NCBI GenBank assembly: GCA_022508285.1
Contig: JAFLVN010000007.1
Span: 999 to 64,998, forward strand
Reading direction: 5' to 3'
Source of the DNA: Clostridiales bacterium
GTDB taxonomy: Bacteria > Bacillota > Clostridia > Christensenellales > Borkfalkiaceae
DNA: 64,000 nucleotides
Shown here: positions 40,306-50,026 of the stretch, piece by piece
How positions within the stretch are numbered: the stretch's first letter is position 1
Layout: each line of letters opens with the position of its first letter
Notes under the pieces: generated by a model
Told to the model about the DNA's origin: nothing
Seen by the model: the letters and a program-made list of their open reading frames with translations, nothing else
Databases searched by the model: none
Program-made: the position numbers and the translations under genes

Positions 40306-41511
40306 ATGGAAAATTTTGAAGATATTTTTAAGGATATTTCCGGAATAATAAAAATAAACTCCGAACAGAGCGCACCCGAGGCGGGCGCTCCCTTCGGCAA
40401 GGGCAACAGGCTTGCGCTCGACTACTTTTTGTCGCTCGCCCGAAAATTCGGCTTTGAAACGCACGATATCGACGGCTATGCCGGGGAAGTGATTTTCGGC
40501 GAGGGCGAGGAATTTGCTATTCTTGCCCACCTTGACGTCGTTCCCGCCGGCAGCGGCTGGACGCACGAGCCCTACGGCGGCGAGATAGATTATAATATGC
40601 GCCGAATATGGGGCAGGGGCACAATGGACGACAAGGGTCCGGCAATCGTCACGCTGTATGCGCTTAAAGCGCTCAAAGACGAAGGCTTTAAACCCAAGCG
40701 CAAGATAAAATTTATTGTAGGCTGCAACGAGGAGAGCGGCTGGGGCTGCATAGACTACTACAAACTGCATGCACACATGCCCGACGAGGGCATTTCTCCA
40801 GACGCCGATTTCCCCGTAATTTACGCCGAAAAGGGAATACTGCAATTAAAACTCAAATTCGACGTTTGTGGAAATTTTGATATAAAGGGCGGCGAGCGCC
40901 CCAACATGGTGTGCGATTTGTGCACTGTCGAAAAGGACGGAAAAGTACACACGTTCAAGGGAAAATCGGCGCACGGCTCAACTCCCGAAAAGGGCGTAAA
41001 CGCCATTGCCCCCGCCTTGGAGTTCCTTGGGTTAAATGAAATGAAGTGCCTCTTATTCGAGGACGGGTTCGGAGTTAAAACTCTCGAAGACGAAACGGGC
41101 AGGCTCACCTTCTCACCCAACGTGATAGAGCGCAAGGGCAACAGTATTTTCGTGACCGTTGACGTGCGTTACCCCGCTACTATATCCCGCCGAACGGTTT
41201 TATCGGCAATCGAAGATAAGGGCATAAGCTACGAAGTCGGGCACGAACAGGCTCCTTTATACAACGATATAAACGGAAAACTCGTAACCACCCTCTGCTC
41301 CGTTTATAACCAAGTGACTGGCAAAAACTGCAAGCCTATCGCAATCGGCGGCGGCACTTACGCACGTGCGCTTAAAAACGGTGCGGCGTTCGGACCGGAG
41401 GAGGAAGGCGAAGAAAACACCATTCATCAACCCAACGAATACATAACATTTGAAAAGGTTGAAAAGTGCTTTAAAATTTACAAGCTTGCGATAGAAAAAC
41501 TCACTAAATGA
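40306..41511 (+). CDS. M20-family metallopeptidase (PepV/Sapep-like dipeptidase)
   Basis: AHLDVVPAG...WGRGTMDDKGP...GCNEESGW motifs. I prefer the start at MENFEDIF; the track ORF begins at an upstream in-frame start at 40228. Confidence 0.75.
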   Translation: MENFEDIFKDISGIIKINSEQSAPEAGAPFGKGNRLALDYFLSLARKFGFETHDIDGYAGEVIFGEGEEFAILAHLDVVPAGSGWTHEPYGGEIDYNMRRIWGRGTMDDKGPAIVTLYALKALKDEGFKPKRKIKFIVGCNEESGWGCIDYYKLHAHMPDEGISPDADFPVIYAEKGILQLKLKFDVCGNFDIKGGERPNMVCDLCTVEKDGKVHTFKGKSAHGSTPEKGVNAIAPALEFLGLNEMKCLLFEDGFGVKTLEDETGRLTFSPNVIERKGNSIFVTVDVRYPATISRRTVLSAIEDKGISYEVGHEQAPLYNDINGKLVTTLCSVYNQVTGKNCKPIAIGGGTYARALKNGAAFGPEEEGEENTIHQPNEYITFEKVEKCFKIYKLAIEKLTK

Positions 41512-43553
41512 AAAAACTGATAATATTATTTAAAGTCTTAGTTCTTTTAATTATAATTATTGCCCCGGCGCCTTTAGGACTTATAGAAGCCCCTCTCGGT
41601 GTAGGAATAGCCTTGGCGGCACTCGGAGCGCTGTGGTATATCGGTTGCGTCATATTCAATGTAATATACATGGCGCTGAGAACCAATGAGCTGATGACCA
41701 CTTCTGCGGACGTATGGCAAGATTACTTTGAAAAGCAAAAGGACGAAATTCGCACGAACGGCGAAAAGGCGAGAAAAAAGGTCTCGCACAGCATACTGCT
41801 CGGACTTTTATACGGCATATCCCTAATGATAGCTACAGCTTTCATAGCTTGGGGACTTGGCATGATTGCAAGCCACTATATGATTTTAAGACCGGACCTT
41901 ATTAATATCTGGGGTAAGCTATCAATTCTTATAGCACTGTCTGCAATGATTTTTGCAATGTTTGGGCTTACTCCCGCAGGCACCGTTCTGTTTGCCGGAG
42001 CTTCTCCACGCCGTATGCCGCTCGGAATGACGGATATAATAAGAGATAAGGACTTTCCACTTTTGTATGCCGTAGCCGACCGTGCAGCCAAAGCAGTTGG
42101 ATATACTGGCAAGTTTCATCTTCGCAAAGACCTTGAGGATTACGGAATAAGCGTCACGGAAGAATACGGAGTAGTATTCGTTTACCTTTCCCCCACCATA
42201 CTCTCCATCATGACGGAAAATGAGTTGTATTGCGTACTGCTGCACGAATTTTCACACGCAACGAACAGTGACACGAAGTGGTACGCCAGCTTTTCAAGCG
42301 CCGTAGCAAAATTCGATTCCGACGGCAGAGGACTTTTGCAAAAAATCAAAAGTGTGCTGTTTGCCAAAGTCGAACAAACGATTTACGAAACAGCGGATTT
42401 ATACCGCACCTATTCTTCGCTCGAACAGGAACAGTGCGCCGACGAGGCAATTAAAGAATACGGTGATACTCAGGCATATATAAACTGCACTGCAAAAGAT
42501 TGCATACTTACACGTTTTTTAGCCGCTCCCAACCCAGAGTTGTATTACAATATTTATGAAAGCGAAACTCCTGTAACCGACTATTACGAACACAAGCGCA
42601 ACCTGTTTGAAAAAGCATTGCCCACCGAATATGACAGATTGGAAGAGGTAATATTACGAACCCTGCCCGGTAAAAGCGACTCTCACCCTACTCTTTCGAT
42701 GCGAATGAAGAGTCTCGGTGTTGCCGACTTTGACGTATTTGCACGCCCCGAAGGGGAGTACCTTGAAGAACTGAACAGATTTGTTTCTGACTGCAGCAAA
42801 ATTTACGCCCTTGACACGGAAACATGGAAAGAGAACAGGAAGACCGATTATATTGAGGTTAAAGAGCGATTGGAAAAGTTTGAAGCTAAACTCGCCGCAG
42901 GCGATACTCCCGATAAGTACGAGTTATGGGAGAGTCTCACCGATTACAGTTTTTCTGCGCCCGAAAAGGCACTCGGTCTTGCCGATAAAATTCTTAAAAA
43001 TAATCCCGAAGACAAGCGCGCACTTGCCGTTAAAGGAATGATACTGTGTGCTTTGGATAATTCGGACGGTCTGGCGATTTTGCGAAAAGCAGCGGATAAG
43101 GCAAACGTTTTTTCCGCAACTACCTTATATAAGATGTATGGCGACGCCGTGCTACGCTCGGGAGACGAAAAATTGCTTGAAGAGTTTCGCGCCGAAAAGT
43201 CCGTGGCGCAAAGAATGGTTGACTGTGCCATATCGAGATACTCGATAAAAAGGCCCTCACCCAAACATATACTGCCGTGCTGCCTGTCAAAAAGCAAAGT
43301 TGAAGACATCTGCTGCGTTTTAAATAATCACGGCAAAGATTTCGACAGCGTATACATAGCTACACAGGGCAATACCAAAGTAAATACGCATATAGTGCTT
43401 TATAAATTAAAAAAACCCAACGCACGCAACTATGACGACAGTCTTTTTAGATTTTTACACATGCTGGAGAGTATGGAGAATTTCTTCTTTTTCTACAGCG
43501 CAAACGGAAAACTTGCCGACGCAATATGCGAAAAGGGTACAAAATTAAAGTAA
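41508..43553 (+). CDS. Multi-TM membrane protein with an M48/M56-like HExxH zinc-protease motif and a TPR-like C-terminal region
   Basis: 681 aa with about 5 N-terminal TM helices. It carries VLLHEFSHATNSD and a later helical repeat region. The ATGA start overlaps the M20 stop. Confidence 0.55.
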   Translation: MKKLIILFKVLVLLIIIIAPAPLGLIEAPLGVGIALAALGALWYIGCVIFNVIYMALRTNELMTTSADVWQDYFEKQKDEIRTNGEKARKKVSHSILLGLLYGISLMIATAFIAWGLGMIASHYMILRPDLINIWGKLSILIALSAMIFAMFGLTPAGTVLFAGASPRRMPLGMTDIIRDKDFPLLYAVADRAAKAVGYTGKFHLRKDLEDYGISVTEEYGVVFVYLSPTILSIMTENELYCVLLHEFSHATNSDTKWYASFSSAVAKFDSDGRGLLQKIKSVLFAKVEQTIYETADLYRTYSSLEQEQCADEAIKEYGDTQAYINCTAKDCILTRFLAAPNPELYYNIYESETPVTDYYEHKRNLFEKALPTEYDRLEEVILRTLPGKSDSHPTLSMRMKSLGVADFDVFARPEGEYLEELNRFVSDCSKIYALDTETWKENRKTDYIEVKERLEKFEAKLAAGDTPDKYELWESLTDYSFSAPEKALGLADKILKNNPEDKRALAVKGMILCALDNSDGLAILRKAADKANVFSATTLYKMYGDAVLRSGDEKLLEEFRAEKSVAQRMVDCAISRYSIKRPSPKHILPCCLSKSKVEDICCVLNNHGKDFDSVYIATQGNTKVNTHIVLYKLKKPNARNYDDSLFRFLHMLESMENFFFFYSANGKLADAICEKGTKLK

Positions 43554-43566
43554 TTTAAGGTTGTCC

Positions 43567-44499
43567 ATGAAAAAAGCAAAACTTTCAGTACGAATAAAAG
43601 CGCTGATTGCCGCAGGAGTTTTCGTTGCGGCAATTTTGCTTACTCTGCTCGGATTTTATATAGGATACTGGGTAGCCGACGCTAAAGCGGGCAATTGGGC
43701 CCCCGACTACCCCATGTTGTCACAGTCGGAACTGCAGGCGATATACGAAAAGAGCAAGCTTGACGAGGACGACTATAGGGTATTGTTTGAACAGACGGGG
43801 CTCACAAAAATCGGCATAGACCGCGCAAAGGCGCAGTCGTTCGGCTTTGGAAGAGTGCTTGATATTCAAGAGTCATACTTCAAAAAGCGTGGAGTTGAAA
43901 AATTCAACTACGCACCGCTCGTGTGCACAGACTACATGGACGGCGACCCTGCGGAATTTATTTTTCTTGAGAGGGGCGACATAATTATAAGCTCGTCCAC
44001 CCACTTTTCGGGTTTCAGAATAGGGCACTCGGCGATAGTAACCGACGGCGATGAATACGAAATATACCAATCTAATCAAGTGGGCATATCGAACGGATAC
44101 GCCCTTGCGTACGAAATGTTTGCAAACCGCACTACGTTTATGGTTCTCAGAATAAAGCCCGAATATTTTTCGGAAATTTTAGAAGACGGCAACATTGATT
44201 ACGACAGCTACCGCAAAAACCTCGACCGTGTGACAGAATATATTTCAACTCAGTTCGAAGACGTGCCGTACGACTTTACCACGGGAGTGTTCACTAAAAA
44301 AGACAGTATGAAGGCGACTTCGTGCGCACACCTACTTTGGTACGGGTTCAAGCACTTTGACGACGAGAACGGCGGTAAATTCAACCTCGACCTCGACTCC
44401 AACGGACGGTTGCTTGTAGTGCCGAAAGACATATCTAAATCAAAATACGTGGAGCTCGTGCAGACATTCGGCTTCGACCCAAATAAAATGTATGAATAA
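43567..44499 (+). CDS. Membrane-anchored YiiX/C92-like permuted papain-fold hydrolase (tentative)
   Basis: N-terminal TM helix. RGDIIISSSTHFSGFRIGHSAIV ... VPYDF ... TSCAHLLWYGF resembles the permuted NlpC/P60 (YiiX) order. I prefer the ATG at 43567 (AAGG SD site) over the TTG at 43561. Confidence 0.5.
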   Translation: MKKAKLSVRIKALIAAGVFVAAILLTLLGFYIGYWVADAKAGNWAPDYPMLSQSELQAIYEKSKLDEDDYRVLFEQTGLTKIGIDRAKAQSFGFGRVLDIQESYFKKRGVEKFNYAPLVCTDYMDGDPAEFIFLERGDIIISSSTHFSGFRIGHSAIVTDGDEYEIYQSNQVGISNGYALAYEMFANRTTFMVLRIKPEYFSEILEDGNIDYDSYRKNLDRVTEYISTQFEDVPYDFTTGVFTKKDSMKATSCAHLLWYGFKHFDDENGGKFNLDLDSNGRLLVVPKDISKSKYVELVQTFGFDPNKMYE

Positions 44500-44510
44500 A
44501 TTAACTAATA

Positions 44511-44550
44511 AAAAAGAGAAGGGGCAATAATCATTGCCCCTTCTTTATTA
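44511..44550. terminator. Hairpin terminator overlapping the stop of the convergent ferredoxin gene
   Basis: AGAAGGGGCAAT-aatc-ATTGCCCCTTCT flanked by an A-run and a T-run. Confidence 0.6.
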
Positions 44551-45394
44551 TTACAAGATTTTCAGATTCATCGAAATATTTCAAATATGCTTTTTTGCAG
44601 TAGTCGCACACTTCGTCGTCCGTTGCGGGTTCACCGTCGAATGAGTACTTGCCGTTGACACGCCACTTATTTAATATAGCTATCTTCAGCGCATCCTTCG
44701 GGCAGACAAACGAACAAGCCATACAACCTACGCAATTCTTGCCGAATTCGGGCTTTCCGTCTTCCATTTTAATGTTGTTTTGCGGACATTCGCCCGCACA
44801 TATACCGCATCCAACGCAGTTTTCAGTGGTACGGAAGCGCCGCCCGATGAAAGGCATTGCCGTATGCTCTATCCTGAGCACAAAAGCTACTAAGCGTTGG
44901 AAAGGATTGATTTTTGCAATCTCGCCTTCACCCTTTGCAATCTCAACCGCATCCTTTTTGATACGCAACTCTGCCGCTCTCCACATTCTTGCCGCCATTT
45001 GGTCTGAGTGTCGGAAAATAATATTATAGGGCATAACGCAGGAGAACTCTCCCCGCACAGCATAGCCCCTCTTTTTGAGAATCCTGCGGGGCGTAATGCC
45101 CGAAGCGTCGTTAAGTTTAAGGGGCTCACCCGAAGTCCTTACAATGTATGCTGGCATATTCTCTGCCTGCGGAAGCTTTTTAAGAAAACTCAGCACAGAG
45201 GCAGGAGCATTGAAGGCGTGCACGGGGTAGCCGACTAAAAGCATTTCATAGCCTTTGGTTTCAGGCAATTCCGCACCGGCTCTTATATTATATATATCTG
45301 TTTCCACGCCCGATAAGCGCAGCTCTTCGACGAGCCTCTCGCTCACTTTAAGAGTGTTGCCTGTTCCCGAAAAAACGCAAAACAACGCCCTCAT
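44531..45394 (-). CDS. EFR1-family ferredoxin (flavodoxin-like domain plus 2x[4Fe-4S] motifs)
   Basis: MRALFCVFSGTGNTLKV N-terminus, then CVGCGICAGECP and CVGCMACSFVCP clusters. Confidence 0.75.
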   Translation of the reverse strand: MRALFCVFSGTGNTLKVSERLVEELRLSGVETDIYNIRAGAELPETKGYEMLLVGYPVHAFNAPASVLSFLKKLPQAENMPAYIVRTSGEPLKLNDASGITPRRILKKRGYAVRGEFSCVMPYNIIFRHSDQMAARMWRAAELRIKKDAVEIAKGEGEIAKINPFQRLVAFVLRIEHTAMPFIGRRFRTTENCVGCGICAGECPQNNIKMEDGKPEFGKNCVGCMACSFVCPKDALKIAILNKWRVNGKYSFDGEPATDDEVCDYCKKAYLKYFDESENLVIIKKGQ

Positions 45395-46929
45395 CTCTCA
45401 TCCTCCGCAAACTCCGTCATTGTATCCTTGCCGTTCTCCACACCGTAGTGTTTATTTTCGTTTTCGGAATGAGAATCGTACCAAACCTGCGCATAGAAAG
45501 GATTGCGCTTTGAAAGACGGTCGAAATCCCATTGACCTATTTTACAGCACTCGGGGCACCAGTGTCCGCCACGAAGCACCGTGTACGGGCTCGACGAAAA
45601 CTCGTGACCGTTCTGACAGCGCCAGCTTATCTTGGAATATGCGCCCGACATATTATCAGACACAACCTCACCGCCTCGGAATTTTGCCGCCGAACGCATA
45701 TCGTCGATATTCCATTCTTCCTGCGGTTTGGACTCGTCGTAGCCGTGGTCGAGGAGTACGGCGTTTTTAGTTTCCCTCAGCTCGTCGTAATCGCCGAAAT
45801 CGCCCTTGGCTAAAAGCTTGTAGTCCTTCCAGTCAGAGGAGCGGTTCTCGGCAATTTCCTGCGAACCGAAGGTCGCCGTAACACGGGCAACGTCCTTATC
45901 CTTTACCCAGCGGTAGGGCGAGTTGGGGTGATTTAACAGCTTTTTAAAAAGGAATACGTGCAGTAGTTTTTTAGGCACGATTTTGCCCATTGCAAATATT
46001 TTATGGTGGTCTGCAATCTCCTGCCAAAATTCATGCGCACCGTCGCGCTGGTAGTTGAAGAGTTCCTCCAGCTCGTCGCTGTCGGCATACCACACTCCGT
46101 GGAAATTGCGTGCGGCGAACCAGTTGGGTTTGAAAAATTTTTCGGTCGAGCCGCCTATCATCTCGAAGCCGTCGTTGAAGGTGTCGTAGCCCGTCTCTCT
46201 GCCCCTCTTGCCGGCGGCTATATTATAAATTTTATTCCAAAATTCGGGCACTTCACCCTTATTGTCGCGCTCGAATATCCGTTTCAAAAGATAGCCGCTA
46301 TCCCTGGCGCTCACCCACTCGAGAGGGGCGTTCATGGCGGTGTGGAACATAAGTCCGTCGCTGATATTGGCTTTAAGCATTTTATTGTGGAGCATTGCGG
46401 ACTGTCTGAGAACTACCCAGCAGTCAAGCTCCGCTTCGAGCATATATCTTTCGCCGTGGAGCTTATGGATTGCGTAGCAGTCGAAAGGACTTACCAAAAG
46501 GGGGTCCCCCACACGCCCGAAGGGGTGTTTCTCGTTGCGGTTGCCGTAAAGAGCCACCGTTGAAATATGTATATACTTGGGCTGGGGATTTTCCGCCTTT
46601 ACCGCATCCGTCATGGCGATTGCGCCAAGATAGTTGCAGCGATAGCTTGCCTCGGGATTGGCGTCGGAAGCGGGCGGAATTACAGCCGCCATATGCACAA
46701 CGTAGTCAACGCCCTTTACAAGTGTTTTGCATGCTTCTATATCATCGACACAACCTCGCAAAATCTGCACACGGTTGCCGTATTGCTTTTTCAGCTTTTT
46801 CGCAAGTTTATCATTTTTCTTTTTAGGGGTAAGCAGAATGCGCACGAACTCAACTTCAGGCAGCTCCATAGTCTGATTGAACACTTCTGTGCCCATGTTT
46901 CCGCTGACACCCGTCATTGAAATTTTCAT
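45391..46929 (-). CDS. NAD-dependent epimerase/dehydratase (extended SDR) fused to a C-terminal zinc-ribbon domain
   Basis: GVSGNMG Rossmann motif, YAIHK catalytic pair, and a C-terminal WRCQNGHEF...GGHWCPEC treble-clef-like ribbon. Its stop overlaps the ATG of the ferredoxin gene (ATGA). Confidence 0.7.
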   Translation of the reverse strand: MKISMTGVSGNMGTEVFNQTMELPEVEFVRILLTPKKKNDKLAKKLKKQYGNRVQILRGCVDDIEACKTLVKGVDYVVHMAAVIPPASDANPEASYRCNYLGAIAMTDAVKAENPQPKYIHISTVALYGNRNEKHPFGRVGDPLLVSPFDCYAIHKLHGERYMLEAELDCWVVLRQSAMLHNKMLKANISDGLMFHTAMNAPLEWVSARDSGYLLKRIFERDNKGEVPEFWNKIYNIAAGKRGRETGYDTFNDGFEMIGGSTEKFFKPNWFAARNFHGVWYADSDELEELFNYQRDGAHEFWQEIADHHKIFAMGKIVPKKLLHVFLFKKLLNHPNSPYRWVKDKDVARVTATFGSQEIAENRSSDWKDYKLLAKGDFGDYDELRETKNAVLLDHGYDESKPQEEWNIDDMRSAAKFRGGEVVSDNMSGAYSKISWRCQNGHEFSSSPYTVLRGGHWCPECCKIGQWDFDRLSKRNPFYAQVWYDSHSENENKHYGVENGKDTMTEFAEDER

Positions 46930-46960
46930 TTATTTATCCTCTGTATAATACAACGATTAT

Positions 46961-46989
46961 ATTATACTTTTTTTACGTCGCACTGTCAA
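46961..46989 (-). promoter_or_regulatory. Perfect-consensus sigma-A promoter of the SDR-ferredoxin operon
   Basis: The reverse strand reads TTGACA (46984-46989), 17 nt, TATAAT (46961-46966), followed by an AGAGGA SD site before the ATG at 46929. Confidence 0.65.
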
Positions 46990-47049
46990 CCTCTAAATTT
47001 TGCCGTCACCCACAAATCCGCAATTATAGACATTATGCCGAATAAGTGT

Positions 47050-47085
47050 AAAGGCGGGTTGCAAAATGCAACCCGCCTCTTTAAT
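47050..47085. terminator. Hairpin terminator downstream of the flotillin gene
   Basis: GGCGGGTTGCA-aaa-TGCAACCCGCC with T-rich flanks. Confidence 0.6.
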
Positions 47086-47102
47086 TTGCAAAATACTTAT
47101 AC

Positions 47103-48542
47103 TTATTTTCCATTGCCATCGTCAGCGGTTGTAGCGGCTTCTTCGTACGCTTTTGCGGCAACCTTGCCGCCCACTACGCCAGCAAGCAGAGATGTGATAT
47201 CTATGCCCGTGGACTCCTTAACGCCTTCCATAATCTGGCTTGCGCTGCTCATTACGTCCTTTACGATTTTCGTGGCGTTGCCGTCGCCGTACATAACTAT
47301 CTTATCCGTACGGCTCAAAGGAGTTGCCGCATTCTTGACAACTTCGGGCAGAGCCTGAAGGTACATTTCAAGAACGGACGCTTCGCCCATCTTCTTCTGC
47401 GCCTCTGCCTTTTTCTCGATTGCCTCGGCCTCCGCAAGTCCTTTGGCGCGGATACCTTCCGCCTCCTGCTCCATGGCAAATCTCAAAGCCTCTGCCTGAG
47501 CTTTTTGCGCCTCGGCTTTTTTGACAGCCTCGTACGCCATAGCTTCGGCTTCCTTTTGGCGTTTTACCAAGTCTGCCTCCGCTTCCTTTGCGATTTTGTA
47601 GTTTAAAGCGTCCGCCTGCTTTCTTATTTCCGCATCGAGCTGACGCTCTTTGATTGCGATTTCCTTTTCGGCGAGCTCGGCTTCCTTTTCCCTTCTTGCA
47701 ATGTCTGCGTTAGCCTTGGTAATTTCAATGGTCTTACGCTGGTTTTCCTGCTGAATAGCGTATGCCGCGTCTGCTTCCGCCTTTTTGGTGTCTGCCTTTA
47801 CCTTCATATCGGCTTCCTGCACGGCAAGCTCGGCGTTTTGCTCGGCTATCTTCTTTTCGGACTCAACTTTAACTGCGTTAGCTTCCTGCGCCGCATTTGA
47901 TGTAGCTATTGCAATATCTCTCTGAGCGTTCGCCTTTGCAATCTGTGCGTTTTTGCGGATTTGCTCTACGTTGTCGATACCCATATTCTCGATAGTGCCG
48001 GCGTTGTCTTTGAAGTTCTGAATATTGAAGTTTACCACCTCGATACCCAGTTTTTCCATGTCGGGCACTACGTTTTCGGTAATCTTTTTAGCAACGCCCT
48101 GTCTGTCCTGAACCATCTCTTTGAGCCCGACAGAACCCACAATTTCACGCATGTTGCCTTCCAAAACCTGCGTAACGAGGCTGATAAGCTCACCCTGCTT
48201 CATGCCGAGGAGTGCTTCCGCCGCCTTTTTTAAAAGTTCGGGATTAGACGAAACCTTTATATTTGCAACGCCGTCCACGTTCACGTTGATAAATTCGTTA
48301 GTGGGAACGGCTTCGCTCGTTTTAACGTCTACCTGCATTACCCGCAGCGAAATTTTATCCACTCTCTCAAAGAACGGGATACGGAACCCCGCACGTCCTA
48401 TAAGAATTTTGCGGCGGAACGGTCCCGAAATTATGTACGCCGTGTCGGGCGGTGCCTTCATATACCCTACCGCAAAAAAGATTATGAGAAGAACAGCTAA
48501 AATTACGCCTGCAATAATCAATCCTACTTCCCAAGTTGCCAT
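47103..48542 (-). CDS. Flotillin-like SPFH/Band-7 protein
   Basis: N-terminal TM helix, an SPFH core, then a long Ala/Glu/Lys coiled-coil (AEADAAYAIQQENQRK...). GGGAGG SD site. Confidence 0.85.
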   Translation of the reverse strand: MATWEVGLIIAGVILAVLLIIFFAVGYMKAPPDTAYIISGPFRRKILIGRAGFRIPFFERVDKISLRVMQVDVKTSEAVPTNEFINVNVDGVANIKVSSNPELLKKAAEALLGMKQGELISLVTQVLEGNMREIVGSVGLKEMVQDRQGVAKKITENVVPDMEKLGIEVVNFNIQNFKDNAGTIENMGIDNVEQIRKNAQIAKANAQRDIAIATSNAAQEANAVKVESEKKIAEQNAELAVQEADMKVKADTKKAEADAAYAIQQENQRKTIEITKANADIARREKEAELAEKEIAIKERQLDAEIRKQADALNYKIAKEAEADLVKRQKEAEAMAYEAVKKAEAQKAQAEALRFAMEQEAEGIRAKGLAEAEAIEKKAEAQKKMGEASVLEMYLQALPEVVKNAATPLSRTDKIVMYGDGNATKIVKDVMSSASQIMEGVKESTGIDITSLLAGVVGGKVAAKAYEEAATTADDGNGK

Positions 48543-48610
48543 AATAAAAACCTCCCAAAATAATTTATTAAATCGTTGGAGTATTTACGCATTCGAGCTG
48601 CGGTCGGCAG

Positions 48611-48647
48611 TAAAAAAGACTTTTACCAATTCCCTGGTAAAAGTCTT
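48611..48647 (-). terminator. Intrinsic terminator of the small reverse-strand gene
   Basis: 12-bp stem AAGACTTTTACC/GGTAAAAGTCTT, followed on the reverse strand by TTTTTAC. Confidence 0.6.
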
Positions 48648-48808
48648 GATAAAACTTAAAATAAGTTCTCACGGTACCGAGTAAAAAACTTACTGTACTG
48701 ACGATACCGCAACGCCAAAACGGCGTATCTACTCCCTTTTTACAATAATATTATATCATACGCACAACCTGCTGTCAATACCCCTTTCGCCGAAAAATTA
48801 CAAATTTT

Positions 48809-49036
48809 TTATTTTTGCCGCTTGTTATTTTTACACTTGTTCCGTAATGTTTTTAAATCGGTTTCAACTCCGATACTTCTTAAAAACTCTACGTCTTTTT
48901 CGGTTAGTAGCGCCGCTCTATCTTCGGCGGCTACTTGTGTGAACCGTTTATCAATTTTCCTTGTGGATAGCCATAGGAACGGTAAACAGATATAGTACCA
49001 AAGCGTTATAAAAAAGTTTTTAATTCTTTGTTTCAT
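48809..49036 (-). CDS. Small single-TM protein (paralog of 30940..31140), unknown function
   Basis: 75 aa. See the alignment under 30940. GAGGAA SD site. Divergent from an XRE gene. Confidence 0.6.
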   Translation of the reverse strand: MKQRIKNFFITLWYYICLPFLWLSTRKIDKRFTQVAAEDRAALLTEKDVEFLRSIGVETDLKTLRNKCKNNKRQK

Positions 49037-49269
49037 AGGTGTGGGTTCCTCGTTAGTTGAAATTTTTATTTTAGGCTGTATAAGTCAATTAACTCGATAG
49101 GCGTTATGCTTTTGAATATCAATGCCGTACTGAAAAGGAAAACTTTTCGGTACAACAGCAAGTTTGCATATAGATTATTATAGCATTTCATATGGTTGCG
49201 TGCAACTATATGAAATAAAAAATCAGTAATAAAATTATAGTTGCCCATAACAATACAGGAAGGCAACTT

Positions 49270-49512
49270 ATGAATAATGTAAATCACGCATTAGCGATGC
49301 GCATTAAAGAATTATTAGAAAAAAACAATATGACAAGATATAAACTTGCTATGGAAAGTGGAGTTTCTCATTCAACTTTGAAAAATATAATACACGAAAC
49401 TGTTACAGATAATCTACTTTCTACTACAATTTTAATAGCAAGTGGATTTGGTATGACTGTAAGTAAATTTTTAGACAGTCCATTATTTGACGAGCAAAAT
49501 CTAAATATTTAA
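49270..49512 (+). CDS. XRE-family HTH regulator (paralog of 30595..30831)
   Basis: 80 aa. MTRYKLAMESGVSHSTLKNIIHE is the HTH and the C-terminus has FLDSPLF. AGGAAGG SD site. Confidence 0.85.
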   Translation: MNNVNHALAMRIKELLEKNNMTRYKLAMESGVSHSTLKNIIHETVTDNLLSTTILIASGFGMTVSKFLDSPLFDEQNLNI

Positions 49513-49534
49513 TATTTCCGCTAATTCAACAAAA

Positions 49535-49569
49535 AATACGAGCCGTTTTTCACAACGGTTCGTATTTTT
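49535..49569 (+). terminator. Intrinsic terminator of the XRE gene
   Basis: AATACGAGCCGTT-tttcac-AACGGTTCGTATTTTT. Confidence 0.6.
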
Positions 49570-49575
49570 CTTAAA

Positions 49576-49594
49576 TGGCGCACCGTAAGAGGTT
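49576..49594 (-). repeat. Orphan copy of the 3' end of tRNA-Arg (19 nt)
   Basis: TGGCGCACCGTAAGAGGTT is identical to 49777-49795 (the acceptor 3' strand plus CCA of the intact tRNA), 201 nt away on the same strand. Confidence 0.85.
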
Positions 49595-49743
49595 TTGCCG
49601 TTTCCGCAAGCGGAGCCCTTGCGCCAAAGTATCAGAATTTTTTTCAATATGGTGCGCAAAGCATCGCTACACTCGCACGGCAAAGCGTCGCTGCGCTCGC
49701 ACGAACTGTAGGAGTTCTCACCCCAAAACTATGCTCAAACAGA

Positions 49744-49776
49744 AAAACGGGTAAGGCAAAAGCCTTACCCGTTTTC
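49744..49776 (-). terminator. Intrinsic terminator immediately after tRNA-Arg
   Basis: The reverse strand reads AACGGGTAAGGC-tttt-GCCTTACCCGTTTTT. Confidence 0.65.
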
Positions 49777-49853
49777 TGGCGCACCGTAAGAGGTTCGAAC
49801 TCCTAGCCTTTGGTTCCGTAGACCAACGCTCTATCCAGTTGAGCTAACAGTGC
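49777..49853 (-). tRNA. tRNA-Arg (anticodon ACG), with encoded CCA
   Basis: Hand-folded cloverleaf: acceptor GCACTGT/ACGGTGC, D arm GCTC-AACTGGATA-GAGC, anticodon arm TTGGT-CTACGGA-ACCAA, T arm AGGAG-TTCGAAC-CTCTT. Total 77 nt. Confidence 0.9.
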
Positions 49854-50026
49854 ATAAATTGCTATTAAGTTTTCAGTGCTCCAAAGGCGCCTTTGGTTCC
49901 GCAGACCTTCTCGTCGGCTGTAAGGACAACAGCCTCCTCGGGCACCGCTTGCGCCTTGCTTTTTGCGCAAGCTCATCTCGCTCGGCAAAACAGCGCACCG
50001 TGCTGTTTTGAGAAATCCGAGCTCGT

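Noticed and set aside
49803-49988. 61-aa ORF on the reverse strand
   Set aside because: It overlaps the tRNA-Arg gene and the tRNA-fragment region, has no SD site, and its composition is unconvincing.
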